Shown here: positions 1 through 10,200 of the stretch, piece by piece | How the letters are laid out: the number at the start of each line of letters is the position of its first letter | How positions within the stretch are numbered: position 1 is the first letter of the stretch | Position numbers and translations under genes: made by a program | The notes under the pieces: generated by a model | Databases searched by the model: none | Seen by the model: the letters and a program-made list of their open reading frames with translations, nothing else | Told to the model about the DNA's origin: nothing | From: a virus | Length of the DNA stretch: 64,000 bases | Strand: one strand, 5' to 3' | Virus record (IMG/VR): IMGVR_UViG_3300045919_000635 | Location: 3,186-67,185 of that record

Positions 1-1
1 T

Positions 2-226
2 GCGATCGCTGCTGGTCAATGCCGACCTACCAGCACAGACCCGCAGTGCAAAGTGGTTCCGGTTAAGAAGCCTGCCAGACCGAAACCCGTCCAGGTGACT
101 AAGTGTGATTTCTTGCGAGCGGGAACCATCCGGGAAGGATGCCCAAAACCTTCGGCGGCACCAACGCCAAAACCGAATGATGGCAAGTGCCCTGTAGATC
201 GCGGTGGCAGCCGTCGCGATTGCTAG
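2..226 (+). CDS. 3' part of small Cys/Pro-rich protein (partial at window edge)
   Basis: Open frame 2 reads AIAAGQCRPTSTDPQCKVVP...KCPVDRGGSRRDC*. Not in the ORF track because the start lies outside the window. Confidence 0.45.
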   Translation, partial: AIAAGQCRPTSTDPQCKVVPVKKPARPKPVQVTKCDFLRAGTIREGCPKPSAAPTPKPNDGKCPVDRGGSRRDC

Positions 227-240
227 ATTTAAATTGAAGC

Positions 241-650
241 GCGATCGCATTGATAGTGCGATCGCACCTAAAACACCGATTGCGCGATCGCACCTCAACA
301 AAGCGATCGCACCACACCGTTATTCACAATTGCTGGAGTTCAAAATGCTTAACTTTCTTTCTTTCTCGGAATTTGAATCACAAGTTTCAAAGGTTTTTAA
401 AGGCGATTTCAACACTGTAAATTTTACCGACAAAAGCCACTTCGGTTGCAGTGATACGGTCTACACAGCAGAAAAGGGATTCTATGCGATTGAATACACA
501 CTTTTAAGGGTGTGGAAGTATCACTTTAACGGAACAATCGGAGAGGGTGAAACGTTGGATAGTGCGATCGCTAATCACGCAGAACAGTACGGAGGCATCT
601 GTAATCCCAACAATTAATTAAGTGCGATCGCATTGATAGGGCGATCGCAC
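241..650. repeat. 27-nt double-HIP1 direct repeat flanking one gene
   Basis: gcgatcgcattgatag(t/g)gcgatcgcac at 241-267 and 624-650, 26/27 identical. Confidence 0.9.
346..617 (+). CDS. Hypothetical protein (90 aa) in a HIP1-bounded cassette
   Basis: ATG at 346 follows a GGAG RBS. The upstream part of ORF 204..617 is HIP1 repeat translation. Confidence 0.6.
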
Positions 651-672
651 TCCAATAAAGCACATAAAAAAC

Positions 673-1767
673 ATGGCAATCATCGGACTAACAGACCAAC
701 GGAAAGGCTTTGATTCTCTCGGTAGAATTGAAATCTCGGTTTTTAAAGGCGGTAGGAAATCTGAAAGATCGGCGGGTGCCGATTTAAAAAACTTGTTGAG
801 AATTACCACTACTAACAAAGTAGTTCCCCACATTCTCAAACAATACTCACCCCCTGACAGCAATGGAGATTACTTTGCAGAAGCGCTTAATATTTATCTT
901 CCCTACGACGAAGTTGATCGCACTTTCAATTGCTCCATGAAGTTGCATTCAGCTTCTGGATTAGAGATTGTGTGCGATCGCCACACCATCTCTAAACGCT
1001 GCACCCCTGAAACCGACGCTAAGGGTAATGTGTGGCGACCGCTAGTTGACGTTGAAGAACCTTGCCCGATGCGTGACAAGGGCTTTGCTGGGGAATGCCC
1101 CAATAAATGCGTCAAGGAAGGTCAATTTGTTTTTTACATCCGGGAATTGCTTGACCGCGACTTGATGCTGCCTGCGCGTCTCACTGTGCATGGATTTGAA
1201 GACTTAACTTACCTCACTACCAAACTAGCTGAGTACGCTGCAATGTTTGGAAGTTTGACGCGATCGCCCTTCCCCGCGCACCAGTATAGGCACAAAATAC
1301 CCTTTATTTTGTCCCGTACTGAAGTCGCAATTAAAAGACCAATTGTGCAGAAATCGGGCAGTGATTATTTACGCACTGGCAAAAAAACCAGTGGAACGAC
1401 TCACGCACTAACCCTGCAAATCGATCCAATTTGGATGGATTTGTATCGGCGATGGCAGCTGATAGAGGAAATGAAATTTAGACAATTACCTATTTCTCAG
1501 AGTGCTGTATTAGGCTTGTTGCGGGGTGACACCTCGGTAATTGATGCTGAGGTAGTTAGAGAAATCTCCACAACATTGGCTTTACCCTCACGCCTGGATA
1601 GGATGCGATCGCGCATCCAACAGTTAGCTACTGAGTATGAAAGGCTAACTAACATCCCCTACGAAGTACCTGATTTGGGCGGGATGAATGAGGAGGCGAT
1701 CGCGGCATTCGGGAAGGAACTCAAAAGTACTTTAGACGCAATCAAATTAAAGTCTGAGGAGATTTAA
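673..1767 (+). CDS. Gp3-like (recombination directionality factor-like) recombination protein
   Basis: N-terminal MAIIGL...LGRI..KGG.K pattern, Cys pattern (C...CP...C..C) and size resemble the Gp3-like family. First gene of the replication operon. Confidence 0.55.
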   Translation: MAIIGLTDQRKGFDSLGRIEISVFKGGRKSERSAGADLKNLLRITTTNKVVPHILKQYSPPDSNGDYFAEALNIYLPYDEVDRTFNCSMKLHSASGLEIVCDRHTISKRCTPETDAKGNVWRPLVDVEEPCPMRDKGFAGECPNKCVKEGQFVFYIRELLDRDLMLPARLTVHGFEDLTYLTTKLAEYAAMFGSLTRSPFPAHQYRHKIPFILSRTEVAIKRPIVQKSGSDYLRTGKKTSGTTHALTLQIDPIWMDLYRRWQLIEEMKFRQLPISQSAVLGLLRGDTSVIDAEVVREISTTLALPSRLDRMRSRIQQLATEYERLTNIPYEVPDLGGMNEEAIAAFGKELKSTLDAIKLKSEEI

Positions 1768-1771
1768 AAAC

Positions 1772-2185
1772 ATGAAATTAGAATGCGTTGAAAAATATAC
1801 GAAAAATGGATGCAATATCCAAGCCTCCCCTGATAGATATCTCTTAGTCATTAACTATTGGGAAGACGTAAAGAGGCATCCATCATATAGTTCATTTAAT
1901 CGTCCTTCTTCAGTTTATGATCCTTTGGATAATGCCAGGAAAACCGCAGCAGAAATATTGGCAGGAAAAGAATATATGACTATGTTAGATATGCCCGATT
2001 TAGTTATCAGCTATAAACTTCCGGCGATACCTTCAAAATTTCGCACGCGGCGCGACCTATTTAAAATGGGCAAAGCCGCAATGATTATTGAATATGTAAG
2101 GACTTCTTGCCCAGTCACATTTGATGCATCTTTTGATGAACTTGTCGATATGATAATTGCATGGCAGGAGGAAAAATCCGAATGA
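1772..2185 (+). CDS. Hypothetical protein
   Basis: 137-aa ORF 4 nt after the previous stop, with GAGGAG RBS. Confidence 0.6.
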   Translation: MKLECVEKYTKNGCNIQASPDRYLLVINYWEDVKRHPSYSSFNRPSSVYDPLDNARKTAAEILAGKEYMTMLDMPDLVISYKLPAIPSKFRTRRDLFKMGKAAMIIEYVRTSCPVTFDASFDELVDMIIAWQEEKSE

Positions 2186-2311
2186 AAATCCCATTCTGCG
2201 ACATTGACGGCACCTTAACTGAATAGGAAAAAGTGGGTTGCCGCGATCGCACCCCATCCGCATACTCGCAAGAAAACTTTACACCCAAAGTCAAACAACG
2301 TTCGACTTTGG

Positions 2312-2815
2312 GTGTATTTCGTGGTATTCTACAAAACTAATAGGGGGGAAATCATGCGGATAAGAAAAAAGCAGATAAAAAATTTATTGTACGACAAGAC
2401 GCTTTATTGCCCAACCCCAGAGCATTATCACGCGGTGCAAATATTCGCGGCATTTGGCAATCTGCCAATTCGCGTTCTTGTGCTTAATGCCGGGAATAAA
2501 CATATTGTCAACTTAGTGCCATCAGACTTGAGCGGGGCTAGAAAAGATGCGCTAGGAAAAACTACTAATCCTGTTGGTGGCTGCGTTGATGTGGATTTAC
2601 ACGAGCAATTGAAGCGGTTTGAGGGAATTCCCCCCTCGCGTGTTCTAGAGAAGTGCTTGCTTCTAGAGATTGATGAGCGAATTAAAATGTGGGGGTGCAG
2701 CCATCCTGCCGAATTTATTACGCTTGTAAATTCCTCTAACCCACTGGGGCTATATAGTCCCAAATTTTCACTTGATTTAAATACGAAAAAGAATTATGAG
2801 GCGATCGCGGCATGA
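2312..2815 (+). CDS. Hypothetical protein (likely start ATG 2354)
   Basis: Co-directional ORF with a GGGGGG RBS before the internal ATG. Confidence 0.55.
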   Translation: MYFVVFYKTNRGEIMRIRKKQIKNLLYDKTLYCPTPEHYHAVQIFAAFGNLPIRVLVLNAGNKHIVNLVPSDLSGARKDALGKTTNPVGGCVDVDLHEQLKRFEGIPPSRVLEKCLLLEIDERIKMWGCSHPAEFITLVNSSNPLGLYSPKFSLDLNTKKNYEAIAA

Positions 2816-3104
2816 CCAAACCAAGTAGACGATATTCAAACTGTCCATTCCGAACAGATAACAAACATCTGATAGGAATTAACAGCGAATAGTTCCCAAA
2901 ATAAAACTAGGTTGCGAACGTCCAATCCGCAACCTAGAAATTTTATTATTTCCATACGTAAAAACCTAAAATCCAGACACTGCATAGCGAGCGCTATGTG
3001 ATAGGCGGTTGCTTCCCAGTCTTTCTTTTAGGTTTTTATTATCTCACAAAATTTCGACTTTTAACAATCAGTACGTATCTACTTAAAAACAGGAGTTGTA
3101 AATA

Positions 3105-4007
3105 GTGACCGTATCTACCAACACAAGATTAAGTTACAACGAAGAGGGTAAAAAGCAGCAATTAGAGGTTTCGATAAAGGAAGGGATAGAAGCTGGTAAA
3201 AAAGGATTTCAGCAAGCCGCGATCGCGCTGATGGAGATTGATAACCTTACCCTGTGGCGGAATGAGGCGAAGTCCTTTGATGCCTACCGCCAGAAGTTTA
3301 AAGCGCTACTAGAAGATATGGAAATTTCACCCTCGTATCTGAATAGGTTGATAGCCGCACAGAAATGTGTACAAATGTTAACGCCAATTGGCGTTAACAT
3401 TTCGCAACAAAAGGAAAGTCACGTCCGACCGCTGACTCAACTTAAAGAGCCAAAACAAGTGCAGCAGGCTTACAAGCGAGCTGTCGAGATGGCAGAAATT
3501 CAAGGAGAGGAACCGAAAGCAAAGCACTTTGAGGCAGCTGTAGCCGAAATCAAGCCGCCAAAAGTGAAACTCCCCAAATCACCCCGTATTCCAATTGGCT
3601 CATTAGTGGAAGTGCGATCGCAGTTCCCAGATGAAGAGGTGGTGGGTTGTCAGGGAACCGTAACACAACACCCTAGTAGCGATCGCTGCATAGTGCGGAT
3701 CAAGGAAAACAGCATACTCATCCCCGACAATATGCTTGAAGTTGTTCACGAGACAAAAGAATTTACATCGACTGCTACAGAAGACAAAGAAATAGGGCGA
3801 TCGCTGGGCTTGCGATGTCGAGGCGACAAGGCTTCGCCAACGCACCTACAAATATTGCCAGACGTGGCTAGAAACCAGGGGGAAATGTCTGAAAGCGATC
3901 GGCTTGAGGTAGAGATTGCGATCGCGTCTTTCTTGCGGATACTGCCCAGATTAACACATTCGCAGAAGGGAATGATTTGTGAACAACTCATGAAGGTGGC
4001 AGTATGA
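3105..4007 (+). CDS. Putative DNA-binding protein with KOW/SH3-like C-terminal part
   Basis: AGGAG RBS. SFDAY...YLNRLI..ESHVRPL helical motif, then IGSLVEV..GCQGTV KOW-like motif. Confidence 0.6.
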   Translation: MTVSTNTRLSYNEEGKKQQLEVSIKEGIEAGKKGFQQAAIALMEIDNLTLWRNEAKSFDAYRQKFKALLEDMEISPSYLNRLIAAQKCVQMLTPIGVNISQQKESHVRPLTQLKEPKQVQQAYKRAVEMAEIQGEEPKAKHFEAAVAEIKPPKVKLPKSPRIPIGSLVEVRSQFPDEEVVGCQGTVTQHPSSDRCIVRIKENSILIPDNMLEVVHETKEFTSTATEDKEIGRSLGLRCRGDKASPTHLQILPDVARNQGEMSESDRLEVEIAIASFLRILPRLTHSQKGMICEQLMKVAV

Positions 4008-4795
4008 GTCAGATAATAAGAGATAATATAAATACCCCCGCATCGTTGAAAGCGATCGGAGGCACGGCAACCTATTTAGCAGGTTACAGAATGATTATAT
4101 CAAGGACTCTACATGGATACATCTATTTAATCCATGCGATCGGAACATCACGCTACAAGATTGGTAAAACAAGGCGAGAGCCATCTAAAAGATTTCTAGA
4201 ACTGAATAGTTCGCAAAGCCCCTATCCATTAAGGCTACTAAGTTTTTTTGAAACAGATAATATAGACTACCAGGAAGGCAGGCTTCATCATCTCGCAAAG
4301 CAGTATAGGGTACATGGTGAGTGGTTTGAGTTGCCCGGTTGGTGGTTAGAAAAACTTGATCAGTGGTTTTATAACATAAAAAGATTGGCACCTCCTGTCA
4401 AAGATTTATTGCTAGAACTTGTTCCAGGAAAAAATCAGCATAGCCAAGTAAAAGATTTTGCATATATCGACGTATATCAAAAAGCTATTGATTTATGCCT
4501 GTCTCTGAGCGAGAAAGACCGTTGTAAGTTACTTAGCCATATTGGTAATTATATTGACGCACCAACAGCGAAAGCGCAGAAGAGAGTTGAGGCAATATTA
4601 AAGTTCAAAATTCTCTCGGTAACGTATGCGATCGCTTTAAAAAAGAGCATCAAGATTGCCAAGAATAATCTAAACAATCCTGTCTTGGTTTCATCTGAGA
4701 GAGCAACTAAATTTCTTCAATCGCAATGCGAAAAAGAAATTAACAAAAAGTTACTCCAAGATCCAGTAGTAGAAGAAGCAGTTGGTGAGGTTTAA
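4004..4795 (+). CDS. GIY-YIG nuclease, T5orf172/MUG113-like
   Basis: GYIYLI...YKIGKT..P.KR..ELN...E.RLH.......GEWF signature. Confidence 0.85.
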   Translation: MSQIIRDNINTPASLKAIGGTATYLAGYRMIISRTLHGYIYLIHAIGTSRYKIGKTRREPSKRFLELNSSQSPYPLRLLSFFETDNIDYQEGRLHHLAKQYRVHGEWFELPGWWLEKLDQWFYNIKRLAPPVKDLLLELVPGKNQHSQVKDFAYIDVYQKAIDLCLSLSEKDRCKLLSHIGNYIDAPTAKAQKRVEAILKFKILSVTYAIALKKSIKIAKNNLNNPVLVSSERATKFLQSQCEKEINKKLLQDPVVEEAVGEV

Positions 4796-5938
4796 ATGTC
4801 ACAAACTAGCTGCATCAACCATCCTAGCGGTTCTCGCTTCGTTGTAATCTACGACTGGCAAGTAGAGCTATGTGAAGGCAACACAACAACAGCCGCGTTG
4901 CTTTCATTTTTTGAGCGCTGGCATAATCTCAAGCTAGCTATGCGCCCTAAAAATATTCACTCGAATAATATTGCATCCGCTCATGGTGACGAGCGATCGC
5001 AAGATGAAAGCACTTTACAGTTTCACTCTGAGCAAGAACTGATTGATGGGATTCAGAGTATAGGCAAGCGTGACTCTGTAAGAAAGTCTATTAACTGGTT
5101 AGAGTCCAGAGGTTTTATCTCCATCCATAGCAACCCTAACAAGCGTTACGCCTTTGATAAAACTAGATACTTCCAGTTTTATCCAGACGTTGTTAACGAA
5201 TGGCTTAAAACGGGAATGTCGATTAATCGTCCGCCCATGTCGGAAAAGCAATCACGGTCATCGGAAAAACAATCACGGTCATCGGAAAAACAACAACCGT
5301 CGTCGGAAATCACCTCAGCAATAACTGATCATGCATCTAAAGAAACTTCTGATCATACTTCCAATGAGGAAGACTCCCCCTCCCCTCATGCGATCGCAGT
5401 CGTGATTGAAAGTGTTTTAGAGCAAAATCCAGTAGCACCAGATTCAACGCCCATAATTACCCAAGATTTAAGCACGGTAATAGTTGAAAGTGTTTTAGAT
5501 CAAAACGTTCCGGCGAATGAGAATAATAATCAAAATTACCCATTATCCGAGCAAGAGCGTGAGGCTTTAAAACAAGCCCAAATCTATGCGTTTAATCCTG
5601 CGATCGCACCCTGGCGGGATGCTGCAACCATTGTCAACGCAAAGGTACAGAAAGCCATTTTTGATGCAAATCCTAAATGGTACTCAACCGGCAGCGGGTC
5701 TGTGAACGTGAAGAAAATCAATGATCGCATCAAATCGTTAGAGCGACAGATGAGAGGCATCGGAGTGGAAGCCATAGAAGCCTATAGCGAATTGATGAAT
5801 TACGTCACTATGGCGCAAATACCAAATAGTGCCGAGATTGTAAAAAAAGCGGATGAGGGTATCAAGCGGGTATCCGTGATTAACAATCTCCGATCGCACC
5901 TCGAACAATCAAAAGGTAAGGAATGGTGGCAAGGATGA
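4796..5938 (+). CDS. Phage replication initiator (lambda O-like wHTH)
   Basis: N-terminal wHTH (SVRKSINWLESRGFI..P....FDKTRYF) followed by a low-complexity linker carrying iteron-like repeats. Confidence 0.7.
   Translation: MSQTSCINHPSGSRFVVIYDWQVELCEGNTTTAALLSFFERWHNLKLAMRPKNIHSNNIASAHGDERSQDESTLQFHSEQELIDGIQSIGKRDSVRKSINWLESRGFISIHSNPNKRYAFDKTRYFQFYPDVVNEWLKTGMSINRPPMSEKQSRSSEKQSRSSEKQQPSSEITSAITDHASKETSDHTSNEEDSPSPHAIAVVIESVLEQNPVAPDSTPIITQDLSTVIVESVLDQNVPANENNNQNYPLSEQEREALKQAQIYAFNPAIAPWRDAATIVNAKVQKAIFDANPKWYSTGSGSVNVKKINDRIKSLERQMRGIGVEAIEAYSELMNYVTMAQIPNSAEIVKKADEGIKRVSVINNLRSHLEQSKGKEWWQG
5240..5310. repeat. Three and a part 21-bp tandem repeats, putative iterons/origin
   Basis: tcggaaaagcaatcacggtca / tcggaaaaacaatcacggtca / tcggaaaaacaacaaccgtcg / tcggaaat inside the initiator gene. 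Confidence 0.7.
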
Positions 5939-6642
5939 GACTTACTCAAGAGGATTTTTTGAAAGGGCTTGATTTACTTTCCAGCGTGTACGGCGATGAT
6001 TACCCGGTTTTCAAGCATCCTGATATCGCTCAAATCTGGCTAGAGTTTTTTGTAACTAGATGCACCCCTGGTAAGTTTTTCAAGCTAATCAAGCATTATG
6101 TTCAGATGTGTCCCTTTTTCCCTAGAGTGCCAAACGACATTTGCAAAGTTTGGTCAGAGTCGGGGGATGAAAGACCGCCTGGGGAAAATTGGTTGATGAA
6201 CCAACAGCGATCGCTCCTAGCATTACCATCACAAGAAGCGGCTGACAAGGTTAGGGAGATGGAAGAGCTTGCTAATTTGTCGCCTGAAAAGTTGGCAGAA
6301 AACAGAAAACGTGCGACTCTCCTGTATCTGATCATCAATAACCTGAAGTCAATGGCAGTTGATGAAGAAAAAATTAAATACTTGCACACTGCCCCATTGC
6401 ATGAGGTAGAGGCGATCGCTTCTACTTGCGAGAAAGCCAAGCAGTTGGCAGTAGTAGGAGACAAGCATGGCAACTTAAAAGCCAATCCTGATGCCCTTTT
6501 TGAAGATATGCGTAAATACTTTCATTCTGGCAGCGAGAAGTATCGCCAAGTCGCTATTGACTGGGCTAGCAATCCCAACAATGGCTGTCAACTGATTAGA
6601 GACGGCGGACGAGTAGTCGATCTAGAACTTGTAGATTTTTAA
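5935..6642 (+). CDS. Putative helicase loader / replisome organizer
   Basis: ATGA-coupled to the initiator. F.KGL.LL..VY...W...HY....PFFP..P.DI pattern resembles G39P/loader N-termini. Confidence 0.45.
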   Translation: MRLTQEDFLKGLDLLSSVYGDDYPVFKHPDIAQIWLEFFVTRCTPGKFFKLIKHYVQMCPFFPRVPNDICKVWSESGDERPPGENWLMNQQRSLLALPSQEAADKVREMEELANLSPEKLAENRKRATLLYLIINNLKSMAVDEEKIKYLHTAPLHEVEAIASTCEKAKQLAVVGDKHGNLKANPDALFEDMRKYFHSGSEKYRQVAIDWASNPNNGCQLIRDGGRVVDLELVDF

Positions 6643-6654
6643 TGGAAGAGTCAA

Positions 6655-7056
6655 ATGGTTAGCAACAAAGCATACAACCACAAATGCACCCGTTACACGG
6701 TTGATCCCGACTTGCTTAAGGCAGGCATCCCAGTTGAGCAATTAGAAAAAAGTGATACTGAAGAATTTCAGTCTCAAGAAACAGAAGCGCACTTGAGCAA
6801 ATACGCCCAAGGCACAGATAGCTTGCGTTTCTCCTCGCCAGCCGAATACTACCCAGAACCGGAAGTGCGATCGCATCCCCCAGAAATCGAATTAACAGCC
6901 GAAGACTACAAAAAAGTTTTATCCGGTGCCCTAATCAAACTACCCACCAATGCCGCCCAGTATCAGGGCAAGAGAATCAAAATAGTAAACAAGGATACAG
7001 GTAGTTACGTACATCGAGTTTTGGTTTTGTTCGGCGATCGCGGGTATTGGAGATGA
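6655..7056 (+). CDS. Hypothetical protein
   Basis: 133-aa ORF within the operon. Confidence 0.55.
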   Translation: MVSNKAYNHKCTRYTVDPDLLKAGIPVEQLEKSDTEEFQSQETEAHLSKYAQGTDSLRFSSPAEYYPEPEVRSHPPEIELTAEDYKKVLSGALIKLPTNAAQYQGKRIKIVNKDTGSYVHRVLVLFGDRGYWR

Positions 7057-7256
7057 GACAACTTACTGAAAGCCAACAAGAAATGGCGTGGAGGATCGCC
7101 CAATACGATGTCAAGTCGGCATCCAGGTATTGCAAGTACGCGATCGCCTTCAACGACATGAAATGCCCGATATGTGGCAGCGAATTAATCAAACGCAGCG
7201 CATTCGATCAGAATTTCCTTTGTCCAAATTCCCGGAAGAGGAAACATGCTAAATAA
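7053..7256 (+). CDS. Small zinc-ribbon protein
   Basis: CPICGSELIKR...FLCPNS motif, ATGA overlap with the previous gene. Confidence 0.55.
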   Translation: MRQLTESQQEMAWRIAQYDVKSASRYCKYAIAFNDMKCPICGSELIKRSAFDQNFLCPNSRKRKHAK

Positions 7257-10200
7257 AAAACCAACACTACCCCCCAATGCACCCATTGCCGTAATCCTAT
7301 TTTCTGGCGGTGGTGGAATTGAAACCGGAATGGTAGAAGCGGGAATTCGCCCATTCATTGCCGTAGAGTGTGATCCAGAAAAACCCAAACTAAGCAGTGC
7401 GATCGCGGACAATCACGATCGCAACTTCAGTGAATACGGCTGTAGGCTGATTCGGCAAACAGTCCAGGAAGTAGCGGCGGCGGGTTTTCCAGGCTTCCCC
7501 CACGCACCCGACTACTTACATGCTTCCCCAGTTTGCAGTAACTTTAGTAACGCGAAAAGCGATCGCATAGAATCGACGTGCGACATCGATTGTGCGATCG
7601 CAGTGGGAGATGCGATCAAACACCTCCAACCTAAAAACTTCACACTTGAGAATGTCCCGGCTTACAAAAAATCTGAGAGCTTCCAAATAATACTGGGCGC
7701 ACTGGAAGCAGAATATTACGAAGTCGATTGGGACATTGTAAACCTTGCAGACTACGGGCTGCCCCAGGCACGGGAACGCCTGATTTTAAGAGCTTCCAAG
7801 GTAAGAGCATCAAAAGGTGTTCCCATTCCCCTTCCCCCAAAAACTGCTCATGTCGGTTGGTTCGAGGCGATCGCACACCTCATCCCTACGATGACTGCCT
7901 CGCAGTTATTACCCGATCAACAAAAGGCTTTATCCAAATTCTTAGAAACCAACGAACCAACCCCTTTACTTATCAACCGAGTAGGAGCAAGGAGAAAACA
8001 ATCAAGGTGTAAGCCAGGGCATTTACCTTGTGACACCATCATGCGATCGCACTTCACGGACGGCAAGGGAAGCAACCGTAATAAGTTTGCAGATATTTGG
8101 TTGCCAGATGGAACTAACGTGCGATCGCTTTCAATTGAGGCAGCGGCGATTCTTCAGGGCTTCCCTGATTGGTACGAATTTCCCGCCGATACTGCCACTG
8201 CCGGATCAATTATTGGTTACTCTGTTCCCCCTAGTTTTGGGAGGCAGTTGTTTCAATCCGCTGAGAATCAACTGCCAATTGACAACCCTCAATTAACAAC
8301 TACCAAGTCTAAAGAGTCTAAAGAAACGGACAAGTGGTACACGCCGCCTAATATTCAAGATTTGATTATCCAAACCCTGGGAGAAATCGACCTTGACCCG
8401 TGCGCTGATGACGGGCATCACATAAAAGCGCGATCGCACTACACAGTAACAGACGATGGGTTAAACCGCGAATGGGAAGGACGGGTATTTATGAACCCGC
8501 CATACTCTTGCCCCGGTGTGTGGATGACCAAACTACAAGCAGAAATTGAAGCAGGACGGGTGAGTGAAGCGATCGCACTCGTTCCCGCATCCACCGATAC
8601 CACTTGGCTATCTCCCGTCCTTGCCACACAGCCCGTGTGTTTTTGGAAGGGGCGCATCAAGTTTCTCGATACCGATTACCAACCCAAATTATCCGCACGA
8701 CAATCTCACGTACTGGTTTATTGGGGTACGCGATCGCAACAATTTAAAGAAGTTTTTCAAGAGCACGGAATTGTAATGTATGCAAACACAGACCGTTGGG
8801 ATGCTGCTGATTTTGGCGAGGTGGCGCGAAAAGCTGATGGCGACCAGATGACGATTTTTTATGACAATAGCGCCGAGCCACCTGCGCCCGATGATTTTGC
8901 AACAATTGCGGATTACGAACGAGCCTGGTCTGAGTGGGAATCAGCCAATGAAGAATCAATTAATAATTATCAACTACCAGAAAAGGCAGAGGAAAAAATT
9001 ATGGCAACCTTCCAATTTTCTACAACTCAACAAATTACCGAGCAGATCGCCCAACTACAAGCCCAGCTTAATCAACTAACTGATACATTGAAGCCTTACC
9101 AAGAGTACGAAGAGAGCGCAGAGGAATTGCGGCTACAAGTGGCTGAATACGGATCTAAAATGTCTAAAGCTGGAATCCCCCAATCTGAGGTTCTTAAATG
9201 GGCTAAAGCCCTTTATGCCTCCGTCAGCGGCATGGAATTTATAGAGAGCAATAATAGTGTAGTTGCTGCCCAAAACGAAGTTATTGCCCAGTTGAAGAAT
9301 GATTTAGCGATCGCGAAGTGTGCCGTAGGTATCGCCAATTCGGAGCGAGACAAAGCAACACTGCTCCTAGAAACCGCAATTCCTATTGCCCAAGAACGCG
9401 CAGAAGAGATAAGGGATGAACGACTAAAATTAATGGCAGATCTGACAAGTGCGATCGCTGAACGAGATGAAGCTATTGCCGTGAAAATGAATGAGTCAAT
9501 ACGCGCAGTAGAAAAAATAATGAAGCTGGAAGATGAAAACGCAGAGTTAAAAAGTTTATCTCAGCAAACAGATGCATCAACGATTGAAGTCTTACAAAAA
9601 GAAAATGCTTCTTTAATTACTAAAATCGAGAAGCTAGAATTAGCAGAATTGAAGACTCAATCAGTTATTGGCACTGAGGAATTGGATGCTAACGACCTAG
9701 AGTTGACTGACGATGCACCTATTCCCCAGCAAGACCATAACTTTCAATTAAGCGATACTTTTGGCTTACCGAGCGATGATCACGTTGAAGTTACAAATGT
9801 GGAACAAGGATTGGTAGTTGGAATACATGGCAATGCGATCGCGCCAGATAAGGATAAACATCCCGATATCAAATCGCAAGGTAGAGCAGATAAATTTCTT
9901 GCTAGTGTTCGGTCTAAAGGCAGAGTGAATAGTGTTGTTTGGCAAGATATAAGCGAAGCTTGTCAAGGCGATCGCGACACCTTAAAAGAAATCCACCTTC
10001 AGGCAACTACAAAATATCAAAAAGATTTGATTGAAAAACTGCCTACTCTCATGGCAGATCACATTACCGAAACTGGCGATATCACAGATATGCAGTGGGT
10101 TGGTAATCATTTTAAATCCAAAGTTGAGGCGTTGTTAGAAGTAAAAAAGTCGCTACCGTACCATTCTAAAGATTCGGTGCGGTGCGTTGAGACAGGCGAA

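Noticed and set aside
5240-5310. 21-bp repeats as a mini-CRISPR
   Set aside because: The repeats are contiguous, have no spacers and lie in frame within the initiator gene. Iterons fit better.
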